DNA of 64,000 nt. Source: Callorhinchus milii (taxonomy: Eukaryota). The translations under genes and the position numbers were made by a program. Positions 12,650-25,530 of the stretch are shown here, one piece after another. The stretch is taken from NCBI RefSeq assembly GCF_018977255.1, contig NW_024704742.1, forward strand, positions 104,968,001-105,032,000, given 5' to 3'. The notes below the pieces were generated by a model, which did not search any database, had not been told where the DNA came from, and was given only the letters and a program-made list of their open reading frames with translations. The first letter of the stretch is position 1; every line of letters starts with the position of its first letter.

Positions 12650-12835
12650 GGAGCTAACCACGTGGTTTTGTTTACAGCCCCGCCCCGAGAGCTCCGCCCC
12701 CGCTGTAGCACCGCCCCTCTCTAGCCCCGCCCCCTCCTGCCGGCTGCCTATTGGTCAGCTGCGCGCACGCTCCGGTCCGGCCGGCGCTGATTGGTCGGAG
12801 GCCGCGCCTCAGTGACGTCACTATTTATTGCGGCC
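12650..12835 (+). promoter_or_regulatory. CpG-island promoter of PJA2 (possibly bidirectional)
   Basis: E-box CACGTG 12659-12664, TGTTTAC 12669-12675, GC boxes (12677, 12724 and others), two ATTGG (reverse CCAAT) at 12750 and 12790, TGCGCGCA 12760-12767, perfect CRE TGACGTCA 12813-12820, and AT-rich TATTTATT at 12822. High CpG density continues to ~13.5 kb. Confidence 0.85.
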
Positions 12836-12858
12836 TCGTGAGCGCCACCGGAGTCCGG
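12830..12858 (+). other. PJA2: Probable non-coding first exon of PJA2 (start uncertain)
   Basis: Strong donor CGG|GTGAGT at 12858/12859 directly after the promoter motifs. Confidence 0.6.
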
Positions 12859-14639
12859 GTGAGTGAAGGAGGGGGAGGGGAGCGCCCCACAGCCGCACAC
12901 ACACACACACCCGCACACCAACCCCGACACACACCCACACACCAACCCCGACACCCGCCCGCCAGCCCGAGACAGCCACACACACACAGGCCCCATAGCC
13001 GGGCTGAACCACAGCCTCCCAGCCCAGCCCAGCCCCACGCTGATAGGCCGATGCACACAGGCTGACCGACAGACGGGCCCCTCGCCAGCCCCCCCCGAGC
13101 AGCCTGACCCGACCCGACCCCCAGACATGCTCCTCGCAAGCCGTGCCCTCGCCCACTAGCCTGACTCGCGGACCCCGGCTCTCGGCGCCGCTTCCTGCCC
13201 GTGCACCGGCCCGGGAGATGCTTCGCGTTACTTGAAGCCTGAGCGTGACCGGGGAGGGACGGGAAGGGGTGTGGGCTGACCCCCCGCCGCTCGTTGCTGT
13301 ATGTATGTTTTCGAGAGACTTTGTCGTGATTTGTGCTGATCTGTTTTGACCCGAGGAACCGTGTTATTGTGTTTAAACGCTGTTGAGTGGGTTCGGTTCG
13401 ATGGATGCATTTGGCTGCATTCATTCATGCGATTTGAGGTAATAATTTATCTTCGCTGTCGTCACGACCTTCCGGAAATCAGAGAAGAAAGTTGTATCCA
13501 CCGCACAGTCTGCGTTGCTTCTGAAATGAGAGGCAGAGGAGTGATGGTCACCTGCTCTGCGAGGCATCTTTAATCCCGTTGAGAGCTCACGGGAGGTTTG
13601 GGTATAGAAGGCCCCATTTGATCTTTTTCCACAGTCCACAGTCTTCCCAAACAACAACAACAACAGCAAACCATTTGTTAAATGTGTCAACATCCTTACC
13701 CCCCCCCCTCCCCCCACATCGCTTCTGTAACCAGGTCCAGCTATTGTACATCATCTATTTGAAGAAATAATTTCCGGAGGCGCCAAGGCATTTTTTTTAA
13801 GGAATTGTCACTGGTGGGGACTGAAGTGAAAGGGGCCTTTTAACCTCACCTTCAGAAGCATTAAAAACAGACTGCCGCACTTCCATACGCTTCATGTACG
13901 TGTTTCAAACTTTAGGATGGTGGAAATAATCTGAAAGCGGGAATCAATAAGTAATAATTATCCAATGCCTTTAATTATCAAATAATATTCTGCAAAATGT
14001 GCCTAAAAATTCTGTAAAATCTGCCGAAACGGTGACCGCTTAGCAACTGCTGGGGTAATCGCCATTACCATTCATATTATGGAAGGGAAACTTACTGGTG
14101 GGAAATTTCGAAATTGCTCCCAGGGAATTGCTGATATTGATTTTCCCACCACCTTATATGTTAAAGAATGCCCTGGGAGATACCCTCAATTTACCATTTA
14201 CAATCCTAAACTTGCTGCTTTGAATTATGTAACATGTAATCTGTCCTTGCATGATAAGGAGAAGTTTGAATGACCACGAAAGGTCAGTGGTAAAACAGTG
14301 GTTAAGGTAGCTATTAAAGCTGTCTCCAGAGTAAAATACCTACCAGAAAGCCTTAGGCTTTCCAGTGACCTTTTGTTGCAATTTACTGTGCTACAATTGT
14401 GTTCTGAAAACTATGGGGCTGAAATTATAGTAGTTAAAAATTTTTTTTGCTGTTTAATAATTGTGTTTGTGGTTTGGGATTAAGTGCAGATATAAGATAT
14501 TTTTGCTTTTCAATTTTGTGCTATTATATGTTATATTGTGTATTGTACTGCTCTCTGATCATATTTAAATATCTCCATCAAGACAGGGAGTTCTCTCTAA
14601 AATTAATGTCAGCTGGCCTTGTATGAATCTTGTGCGTGT

Positions 14640-14992
14640 CGGGCTGGCTCGGTTGGTTGTACTTTCGTCTCTGGGCCAGAATGTTATGGCTTCATGTAAC
14701 ATATCAGGACTTGGAGATCATATAGTCTAAACTGACACAACAATGCAGGGCTATTGTGTGCTGCTCTTCAGATAAGATGTTAAATCAAGGCTTCATCTGT
14801 CTGTTCACATGGACTTTAAAGATCCTATGGCATTATTTGAAAGAAGGGAGTTTCCCTCAGTGTCCTGGTCAACAATCCCCCAAATAAAATTGGCTGTATG
14901 TGGAACATTACTGTATGCAAATTGGTTGCTGTGTTATGAAGTGCAGTCACTGTGAAGTGCTATGGGACTTCCTCCTGACATGAAAAGTGCTA
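14640..14992 (+). mobile_element. Ancient Deu-domain SINE (SacSINE1/AmnSINE-like). Further remnants near 1430, 3100(-), 5500, 25930, 34500(-), 37145, 39700(-), 41460, 43140, 46215, 57740(-) and 59640
   Basis: Recurring AGATGTTAAA.C.AGG…TAAAGATCC.ATGGCA.TATT.GAA…GGAGTT.TCC…GTGTCCTGG.CAA core. The family name is from recall, not from a search. Confidence 0.7.
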
Positions 14993-15545
14993 TACCCCTC
15001 ATCCAAGCCATGACCCTCTCTGCCTTCCCTCACCTCCGTAACATCGCCCGACTCCGCCACTACCTCAGGCCGCTGAAACTCTTGTTCATGCCTTCATCAC
15101 CTCCAGGCTCGACTATGCAAACTCCCTGCTTGTCGGCCTTCCCAACTCCTCCCTCCACAGGCTGCAGATAATCCAGAACTCTGTAGCCCGTGTCCTCTCC
15201 CGCACCAAACTCCGTGACCCCATCTCCCCCACTCTCACCCGACTCCATTGGCTCCCTATCCTTCAGAGGATCCAGTTCAAGATCCAGGTCCTCACCTACA
15301 AAGCCCTCCATGGCCTCATCCCACCCTACCTCTGCGACCTCTTAAACCCCTACCAACCCAACCGCTCCCTCTGCTCAGCCGGCTCCAGCCTGCTCCACGT
15401 CCCCCGACCCACCCACCATTGGCGGGAGAGCCTTCAGCCACTCTGCCCTCAACTTCTGGAATTCCATCCCCCAATTACTCTGCCTCGCTCCCTCTTTAGC
15501 CTCCTTCAAGTCCCGCCTCAAGACCCTCCTCTTCGACCATTGACC
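14993..15545 (+). mobile_element. L2 LINE fragment
   Basis: HLRNIARLRHYL…; nearly identical to 43-835. Confidence 0.9.
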
Positions 15546-16673
15546 TTTTAGCCAATAGACCCCCATTCTGACACTTGTCTCAAAATTTCTTTTCATGCAC
15601 ACCTTCAAGAATATTGTTGGGATGGCGTATAGCAATATTAGGTCTACACCTGGGAGTACTTAATCAGGACAACAACAACAAATAACAACAAGTTACATTT
15701 GTATAGCACCTTTCATGTCGGGAGGATGTCCCAAGGCACTGACAGAACAATATCCCGACAGCTTCAGGAGGAAGAAGAGGAATGCAACAAAATAACAAAG
15801 GATAGATGGATAGGTGTAAGTAGGTGCTTTGAATATGAGCATAGATTTAAAATATTGAGCATCAAATAAGGCAACAGATTAAAAAAACTACTGAGTAGTA
15901 AACCTCACTATTGAGCAGAGATATTTGATGTTGTGGGGGAAGAGTTGGGTACATTTCTGGTAATATAATTCAGGTCACAGAGATTCTTGTAGACAAAGAT
16001 GATCGAATGTTCCACAGGCACAATATAGGGTGACCCTGTTATTGAGCACAGTATTATAGCAGAAGTTTGCGTTTAACGATTGTCTCCTGCATACCTGGAG
16101 TTACTGGAAGTAAACTTTGGCTTTCAGCGTGATTTTCAGCGCATGCATGCAACACGATGCAAAATAAGCTTAAAAATGTTGCAAGAGCAATTGTGGATGC
16201 CTTAAAAAGAATCCAGAATCCAAATTAATAATAAATAATAATCCTTGCATTTGATATAGAGCCTTATCACGTCTTCAAGACGTCTCAAAGCTCTTCACAG
16301 AATGTACTGTAAAGTGAATTGACAATATATTTTGTGGGCAAAATTAAGACTGAATTAAAGAATTTTTCACAATTATGTGTGATATTGATAAATTGGTATT
16401 CTGGGCAAAAGAGTATTTGGCATTTGGAACGCTGCAAAACCACATGCATGGCTTTTTAACGGGTTAGTGGTCAAGAATCTTGGAGGATTTCATTCACCCT
16501 TCTTCCCCAGCACAATTACAATCACCTTTTCAGAATTGTGAGTGCTGCAGTCTTATATTTTTGTCAACTTCAAAGATTTGGCTAATATTTTCAAATTGAA
16601 TTGATTAAGTTAGTCTTCATTAAGCAGTCTAATGTCCTACCATTGATGGATATGGTGTGTTTTTGTTTTTCAG

Positions 16674-16718
16674 TTCTGACCTGTGTTCTGGGCTCTTATG
16701 AGGAATCAAAGACACATG
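16674..16718 (+). other. Candidate 5' UTR exon of PJA2
   Basis: Good acceptor TTTTTGTTTTTCAG and donor ATG|GTAGGG. No homology support. Confidence 0.25.
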
Positions 16719-16974
16719 GTAGGGATTCAAGTGTTTAGAAAGGTTTGTATGGGCATTGTATTTTCCAAACTTAAAGTTGTAGATGAAAATTATTTCCTTA
16801 TGTGCTGGATGCTACATTTAGTTGTTCTGAAAAAATAACACAATTTCTGTACTGAATTTAAAAGGTTAAAACTAACATTACACTGCACAACATATCTATC
16901 CTTAATTCTCCCATTCAGGTAATGATGGATGGTAGTGAAGTGTGGTGTTTTTCCCCCAATTTTTTTCTTAATTG

Positions 16975-17245
16975 TCCTCTGGTGGCCGGGCTTTCAGTCT
17001 CTCTGCCCCCACACTCTGGAACTCCATCCCACGGTCCCTTCGCTCGCTTCCTCCCTCGCATCCTTCAAGGCCGGTCTCAAGATCCTTCTTCGATCGTGCC
17101 TTTGGTCTCCCTCCCACCTCTCTGCCTTCCCTCACCCCTACACCATCCCTCCCACATGCTCGGGCCCCGACAGCTGACTGTTCAGCGCTTTGGACATCTC
17201 CCCGACGTGAAAGGCGCTCTATAAATGTAATTTTTTTGTTGTTGT
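16975..17245 (+). mobile_element. L2 3' end
   Basis: GGRAFSLSAPTLWNSIP and GACGTGAAAGGCGCT…(TTG)n tail. Confidence 0.85.
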
Positions 17246-20104
17246 CTGGTGATTTCTGTGCTGGAGGACCTCATAAAACATTGAAATAACATACTTATTT
17301 GGGGAGAATTTATGAAGTCTCATTTTATAATGATATAAAATTTAATGATGAAAGGCTCGTGAGAAATTGCATTTATTTTTCAGCTACCATCATCTGAACT
17401 TAGTATCTCTCCAGTGTGGTTGAACAGCACTTTATTTAGCATGTTTCACTCCAACTTGTGAATGTTCTGAGAAAGCTGGCAGAACTGCTTGAAGCAGCCA
17501 AGCTTGATCATTACTCGAAGACAAAGCTAATCTGAAGTCGTAAGGGATTGCTGTGAGCATTGTCCATGACAAAACATGCACATACAATTATTTTTAGTTA
17601 GCAGGAATTCTGATAAATGTCAGAAACGGGTTTATGTGCATTTAAAACGAACAACAATATGTCAATATTTTTCTTTCTACCAGAATGATTTCTGCTTTGG
17701 GCAATAAATATTGGATCCCGATGTAAATGATTCTGCTTCACTAGATCAATACAGTTATAAAAATCTGCAGACAGTGATGAGAAGCATTTCTGTGGTGCAT
17801 TGAGTTTTACATATGAACATTGAGGTTCACGTAGAATTCAGCATTTTTTTTCAATCTTTGAATGCTGTGTGGAAACTCATCCAAGATATTGTTCAGAAGA
17901 AAGCTTCAGGTGAAGAAGGTCTTGGCCAATTTAATATCCATTCAGAATTCCAACTCTTATATTCTCCATTACAACATCAGATTGTTGTAACAATCAGATT
18001 GTTGAAAAACAATCTAGTGTCCGAATAGCCTGTTTCATTGTTAGCCACACCTTATGCAATTGCACACAGCAGTGTCCCACAAACAGTCGTGGTTTTGATT
18101 TTTTTTTGATCCCATCAATGACGCAGCAATCGTTTAATTATTTAATGAATCACCAAATCTTTGCATTTATTCATCATTTCTTTATCATTTTACCCCTTTC
18201 CCCCACATACTAGATAATCCTAATTGGTAATCACCTGATAAATTATACATTGTCCCATTTGTCAGTTTTATTGTTCAAAGTACTATTGAAGATGCAATAT
18301 ACTCATTTTAAAAGAGATGCATAGTTGTTTTGAGTTTTGTAGTTTAGATTGGTATTTGTAATGTATTTCTGCTCACTTCTGCCCTGTCCTTGAGTTGAAA
18401 ACTACAGAATTTCAAATCAATACTGGACTGCTTTCATTCTCCACTCTATGACTTCATTCTCCTAATCTACATGCAGAACACTTTCTTCCCCGTCTTGCAT
18501 ATTGTGCTATTGTTTTTTTCTTTAGTAGTTTATTAAGTTCAATTATTTTCATGTGCATTTGGGAATTCATTTTTTATTCTTTTTCAATTGATGTGTGTAA
18601 CCTTTTGAATCTGCATGCCGATTTGTGCACTTGTAAATTCTACCTTCAATTGGGATATGGAGGCAGCAGTCTTTGTTCTGATCTGAAATTGGGGAGAATG
18701 TCTCTTTATTCAATAAAGTGTTTTAGCAACTATTTATTTATCGATCTACAATTGAAGGACTTTTTTTTGGCAGATGGACTTTTCTGAAACTTATTTATTT
18801 CTGAAAATCTGACGTTGAGCTTAGAATGTGTGCAAAGCAGAAGGCATTGATTTTGCCCAGCATGTTCAGGCTTTTGACCTAAACACCAGCATTTTCCACA
18901 TTGTGGGGAAGATTCTGGCAACCTATTCAAATCCTATTATCAGATCTTCAGTAGTCTGATACATACTGCATTCAGGGTCCTTGAACTCCTAACAAATGCA
19001 ACCCTCCCCCCCATTCATGCAGTGCATCTTGAAAGCTGCTCAGTAGCTATTGACCTTGCGGACCGTTTCATATGGATAGAAGATGGTTCTGCAGGTAGTA
19101 TCCGAGGCTCTATGAGAAACTACCAGTATTAGATAAGCAAATCATTCTTCAGCCTTGCAAAAAGATGCCTGAGAGTGGACCTTATTGAGGAATACAGTAG
19201 GATTGAGAAAATAAACCCAGAACAATACTTTTAAGTATGCCAAGCCAGCAAGCAATGAGGGCATAAACTCAGGCCATACATCCTCATGTAAGAAAAAAAC
19301 CTTGTCATCAGCATAGAAGTATTTATTTAACAGAGGATCATTATCTATTGAAGAGTTAACGGAAAAATGATCTACAACAACAACTTGCATTTATATAGCA
19401 GCCTTCAAGCATACTAGCATCTCGGAGCGCTACCCTAAGTGTGGAGACTAGGATTTTTTTATAACATTGTTTGGGAGAAAAGAAGATTGATGTTGCACTG
19501 GGACTTGGGTATTCTGGAAGGATACGATCAAATAGACCATATGGCCTTTTTAATGAAAACCTCTCTTGTAATCTTCTTATTTTTGACCATACAAACAAAT
19601 GTATCCTGTCTTCATTGTGAAGTTCTGCAGTGGTTTAATATATTAAAATGACGGTGACTGCAATTGAGAAACCCTGATAGGAGTTGATGTGGAATCTATC
19701 CTTCATCGTGACATTTTTTTTTCTTCAAAATCCAATTTCAAATGGCGCCACAGTAAAAAGTAAAAGCAAAAGCTATATTAATATTTGGTGGAATATATGG
19801 ACTCTGAACACTCAGTCTGGTGATCATTTTTTATATTGGCATGAAGTAAAGATGGGTAGTTTTATACTTCCAAGTGATCAATGAAACATTTCATCATGTT
19901 TTTTTAGTGGCAAGTCCAAACTCGTGAATAAAATGTAACTGTTGTTTGCTACTATAAATTTGTGGCACTCAGAAATTTATAACTCAAGTTTATACTTCTA
20001 TTTTTGAATGTCTGACTCCTATGGAATGCCATTGTGAAACAGCCCCAGAAAAAAATGTTAGAGCTGATGGTATTTACTTGCTTTCATTTTTCTATTTTGC
20101 AGTA

Positions 20105-20297
20105 ATGGGTCAGGAGTCTGGAAAGGCAGCCTGGCCCAAACCAGCAGGAGGTTATCAGACTATCACTGGGAGAAGATACGGGAGAAGGCACGCTTATGTC
20201 AGCTTTCGTCCCTCCACTGTCAAGCAATGGAATGAGTCAAGAGAAAATGAACACAAATGGGAAGGAATGGAGCTAGACAGTGTCTCAAAAGACAATG
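20105..20297 (+). CDS. PJA2: Praja-2 E3 ubiquitin ligase, first coding exon
   Basis: [36 protein letters not shown] is the praja N-terminal signature. Acceptor TTTTGCAG ends at 20102; donor G|GTTTAT, phase 1. Confidence 0.93.
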
Positions 20298-22355
20298 GTT
20301 TATGTGTGTTGTGTCATTTAATATGCGTTACATCCTTAAATATAATCCTTTTCAAGGCTCTCAAAAGTGTTGAAAATCTGGAGCATGAAATGTTTGACAA
20401 TATATAACATTGGTTCTCATTAAATGACCTGAGGGCAATAGGAAGCTCTATTTCACCTATGGACTTTAGCGATTTCCTACTCCATCAGTCCTGAGTGTAT
20501 ATTCATAACTGGCTGAATTGCCCATCACACATGTCTTATACATGGCTACCCCATCTTCTATAAAACCAGTGAAATGTTCCTTTTAGATATTTGGATGTAG
20601 ATGTTTAATAGCATTATTGGTTCTTATAAATTTCCTCACCCCATGTTTTGTGTGTGAGTACTTGATCCTTATTTTGAATCTGGCAGCAGTGACGTGGTTG
20701 AAATGAGGAACTCGCTATGTTTGAAATTATGGTTCCAGATCTATGTGCCGTATTGTAGTGTTTGAGCGTTTTGCTCAATTGATTGAGATTTTGGATTTGA
20801 ATTTGGAAATTAGGTAAAGGGAGACTGATTTAATGTCCTGTTAAGAAATCTGGAGTCTATGCCACACGGATTCATATGAGTAAATGGTGTTAATCTACCT
20901 CCTAAGGGAGACAAATCTAGCGACGATTGAGAGATGAGAATTTATTGGATTTTGTAATTACCTGTTTTGTGAACAAATTTTTTCTAGTGTTCAGCGACAC
21001 AGACTTTGTTAATGTGGTGTATAACTATGACGAATAATGATTGGTGAATAATGGTTGGTGTTGCAACAAATTTAGCAATCTATTTTCTTATTAATGTTCA
21101 TACCTATTTCTGAGCTACTCCACTTGAACGGCTTTCAAGGCTTCAATAGGTTAGAGATGTAAAATCTGCTGTATTTAAAATTGGGACCTGAAGAGAGCTC
21201 ACCTTGGTTAGTGTAAAAGGAATAAAATGATGGGAGCCTATGCTTGTCCCTTTTGGTTATAGGACAACAAAATTGAAAAAAAATGTTCTCAGGCATTTTA
21301 CCAGTACCATTCTGCTTTTGTAGGCTGGGGGGGTTTAACCTTTGGATTTTCAGGCCAAACCTTTGGATGAGTCTTTTGTGATATGGCTGATGAGAAACTC
21401 TGTAGCAAATTGCAGTGTAAACCTAGAGTCTTCCACTTTATTTTAAATACGTTACTGGCAGACGTATTTCAATGTGGGTATTTAGGTTTTGGTAGAATTC
21501 TACTTAATATATCTAAAATAATAATGTTATGTGAAGTTGCTGTGAATGTAGCTTTCATTGTTCCAGTGTAGCAAGCTGATTTGTATATTGCTTAAACCCA
21601 ACCAAGAATTGATCTGGCGTGGCAGAGCTATGAGTGTGTTTAAAGGTGTGTTTTTTAACCACAGTACTTACAACATACAGAAGCACATGCAAATATAAAT
21701 GAATATTGTGCAGTTTGTGAAGCATTTCTGTTAATACAATGTAATTATTTAAAAATATCACTAGCATGATTCCTTTTGAAATATTTGTTGTGTGATAATT
21801 AAAATGTTGCTGAGAAAGTGACCAGTCAATAGCGAATACATTAACTGCTCTGTGGGTGTGCTGAAGGGGTCTCCTGACATCTTTCACAATAGATGTGCTC
21901 AAAAACCACTTATGTCTTGCAGTGACTTATTGTTATTGGTACATAAATTTCTTAATTTGTTTCTTTGGTTTAGTTGATTTGATTTAGCTGGAATCAGTCA
22001 AATGCAGTGTGCTTCTATGTGCCATCATTATCGAGGAGGAAAGAAATCCACACGGTCCTGTGGACCAGTCATAGTTATCGACTGGTCATTTTTCTCAATG
22101 ATACTTGAATTTGCACACAATATTGCAATTTTCATGCCATGTTAACACAATATATATATGAATTCTAATATAATCTAGGGTAGTCCTGGCAAGCAAGTAC
22201 ATGAACTAGGCTATGTTCTATTTAATAAATCTTAAATAGTTCATACAATATTGTTTCAGGTAAATTATTGGCCATTTTAACTGCATTGATTCGTTGTTAC
22301 AGTGCTAAATTTCAAGTTACTTGAGATGTAAACATTTTTTTAATTCTCTTTGTAG

Positions 22356-23454
22356 GTTCCAATGGAATCATATCGGATAATGAACTGCTGCCACAAAGTG
22401 ATGTATATGATCTAACTGTAGAGACTAAGAGGGAAGTTTGCGAACCTCAAAAAGACAGCCGGTTTCTGCCATTGAACAGAAGATTCTTTCAGTGTGAGGC
22501 TAATGACTTTGCTTTACCTGGTGCTACAGAGACATTAGGCAATTATTCAGCTACCAGAAGTACAGAAAGCTCCAGATGGTCTCTTCCCAGCGACCATTTT
22601 AAAACTGATCCCAAAAGTAAGACTGGAATTAATTTGAATATTGATTCTCATCATCCGGGCAGCAGCGAAGGAGAGGATGATGACTCAGCTATACATTTTT
22701 CATTGCAAGAAGAAGGAAGATTAAGTAGAAGGTTGGATACCATACTTTCAGAGTTAGAGAAAGACGTTGATTATCTCAGTGGGCTTCAATCATATCTCTC
22801 TGCTGTGATTCATGATGGCAACAGTCAGCAAATTGAGCAGCCATGCTCAGTGTCATTAGACAATCTGTCCAATACAAGTCCCAGTGTTGAACAACAATAT
22901 GCTGAATTGGCAGAGAACAAAAAAACATTAGCAATAAGAAGCATGGAAGAAAATGGATATGTTGATATTGAGGTTAAAAAAGACAGCAAACCTGATAAGG
23001 CCTCAATGGTTTTTGAGGATGAAGGAGATGTTTACTGTAGTAAGACAGAGCAACCAAGTTCATCAGAAATAGGGTTCTGTTGTAAGACAGAGCAAGCAAG
23101 TTCCTCAGAAATGGTGGTAAGACCAAAAGTTAGAAGTAAAAAAATTGAAAGCCAATCTAAACAAAATCTCCATCCACCTGATGATGTGGAATATGGCTAT
23201 AGTGTAAGACAAGTAGCAACTGACATTGAGTGTTGTGGATCAAATTGTGCCTTTGGGAATTGCAGGAATAGTGATTCAAAGGTTAGATCCTGGGAGTCTG
23301 GATCTGATGGGATGAAAATTGACGTTAATGTGAATAAACAGACCACCACCCAACTACAAGAGGAGTCTAAAAATACTTCATGTGAAAACAACTTCTGGGA
23401 GGAGATTGAAAATGATTGTCTTGGATTCACTGATTGTAACAAAGATGAAGAGAG
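22356..23454 (+). CDS. PJA2: Praja-2 large acidic/disordered exon
   Basis: TGTAG acceptor and a 1099-nt open frame containing the conserved EMVVRPKVR. Donor AG|GTAACA; phases 1 to 2 fit both neighbours. Confidence 0.9.
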
Positions 23455-23738
23455 GTAACAACGTGTTTAGTTTTAATTTTTTTTATATAATTTTGCATTT
23501 CAGGCATGTCTTATTTAAAAAAATGTGCACTAACCCCAAATTCTTCTGAATTTTGTTTTCCCACATCTTAAGAGTTTAACTAAAACTATACTATCTTTTA
23601 TTGCTGGTATTTTTTTAAAATTAAGTTAATTGTATAAGAGCATTTTTTTTATATGAACCAAACTGAAAGCAAGTTGTATTTAGCACAGCCTGCACCTTAA
23701 CTTTCTACCCTTCACTTTCCATTCCTCTTAAAAAGCAG

Positions 23739-23921
23739 TTCTGAATGCAGTGATGGGGAATTGTCGTCAATATGGACCCCTGATTTTGCTTTAGAGCAAG
23801 CACAATCGTCCAGTGACGAGAGCTGGGAGACTTTACCGGGAGCTGATGAACTACAGACTGAAATAATCAGCACTAGCAGCAGCCTGGATGATGAGTCTTT
23901 TAAACACTGGTTCAATGCAGG
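23739..23921 (+). CDS. PJA2: Praja-2 coding exon
   Basis: SECSDGE…QSSSDESWETLPG conserved praja motifs; donor GG|GTATGT. Confidence 0.92.
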
Positions 23922-25338
23922 GTATGTGAACTAGTTGCAACTGAAGACATTGGATTTAATCTAACCTTAACATTTAACATTACTGTATATTAATTCAAAA
24001 CAATTTTGACTAATTGCTATTTGTAATTTATTTAACAAAAAACAAGATGTAGCTGATTCCTAAACAAATCTACACCTCTGTGATACAGTGCATTGGTTTG
24101 TAACAGGAAACTGCACTGGACGATCTAACTACAGTAATATAGTAGTAGAATCATAGAACTTTACACCAGGGAGAAGACTTCAGCCATCGTGCCTGGGCCA
24201 GCTTTCAATAAGAGTTATACTTTTAGTCCCATTTCCTTTTGCACTTAACCTTTGATATATTTCCTTTTTCAAATCTTTGTCTAGTTTTGTTTTACTGTAT
24301 AAGATATTATAGTATTAATTCACCAACCAGTGGAAATACTTTCACTCTATGCCCCTTCATCAAAACCTCTGATAATTTTGAACACAAACTTATTATTTGT
24401 TGTCCACAAACACTAACTTATCAATATAAGGTTATTATAAGAGAATGTGACTTCAACTGCAGTTTAATTGCCACTGGCCTCTTACTGGTCGTATTCTGTC
24501 AACCAATCCAACATCCTTGAATTTATTTTTGTTCCAGCTGAGTAAGTAAGAAAGAAGTAGGATGACAGTAGCCTTAGTGATCTGATGCTAATTTATACTT
24601 TTAAAACAGTATAACAGTATTTAGTTTGAAGCATATAACATTGATTATATGCTTTTCTTAAGGGTGAAAGAGACCTATTTTCTCCCAGCGCCAGGGAGCT
24701 CAGGATCACGCCAGGATATGGCCCATGCTACTCTACTATTTTCTCCAGTTATAGTGCACTCACCTGCTGCACTACAGGATTGCTTCATTGATGGCACTGA
24801 AAAATGTCAAAGTGATTGACTGAGTGAATATCGTTTTTTCCTTTTGGTTGTTCATTGCAGAAGAAGCATAATTGAGTGCTAATTGGAAATTAAACCTTTA
24901 GTAAATGCAATGCATTTGTACAATGATAATTAAGTTGATTTGGAAAAAAGTGTTTTATGGTTAATAACCAATGCTTGCATCTAGTCAACTATGGCTCAGG
25001 AATTTTAGTTCTCCCTTATTCCCTCTAATTTGCTCTTCTTTCTTGAAGGTTCTTCAGTGAACTTTTGTGTTTCTCATTCATCTTTTTTTAAAGGATCTTT
25101 CTGCAAAATTGAATAAAACCTAAAATCATGTGATAATTATTTAAATTTCTAGAATATAATAGTTGTCATAGCCTGTTTAAAATATTTTCCAACACTTTGT
25201 TGAAAGAAATTTCACAAATAATGATGCCCAGCATTAATTTCTGCCTGCCTTTCTGAAAGCCGCCAACCCATTGCTGTGCTATGAGTCAAGTTTCTAGTTT
25301 CCATGTTTATGTCCAGTTACTATGTTTCATATATTTAG

Positions 25339-25530
25339 AGAACAGACCTCGTTGGAAGAAGGAGAAATTCCTTGGGTAACCTACAATGAAGACAGTGATG
25401 GTAGCAGTAGCAGTGCTGATGAGGCTGAAGGCCTGGGTCCATTTGTGCATTCAGGGCTTGTAATTTTGGATGGTAACAACAACCTTGAAGATGATTCGAG
25501 CATGAGTGAAGATTTAGACATGGAGTGGAG
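25339..25530 (+). CDS. PJA2: Praja-2 coding exon
   Basis: [12 protein letters not shown]…[26 protein letters not shown] acceptor and AG|GTTTGT donor. Confidence 0.93.

Noticed and set aside
10990..12815. Long Pro-rich and Gly-rich ORFs (573, 402, 406, 394 aa)
   Set aside because: They are open only because the G/C tract lacks stop codons; not evidence of extensin- or formin-like genes.
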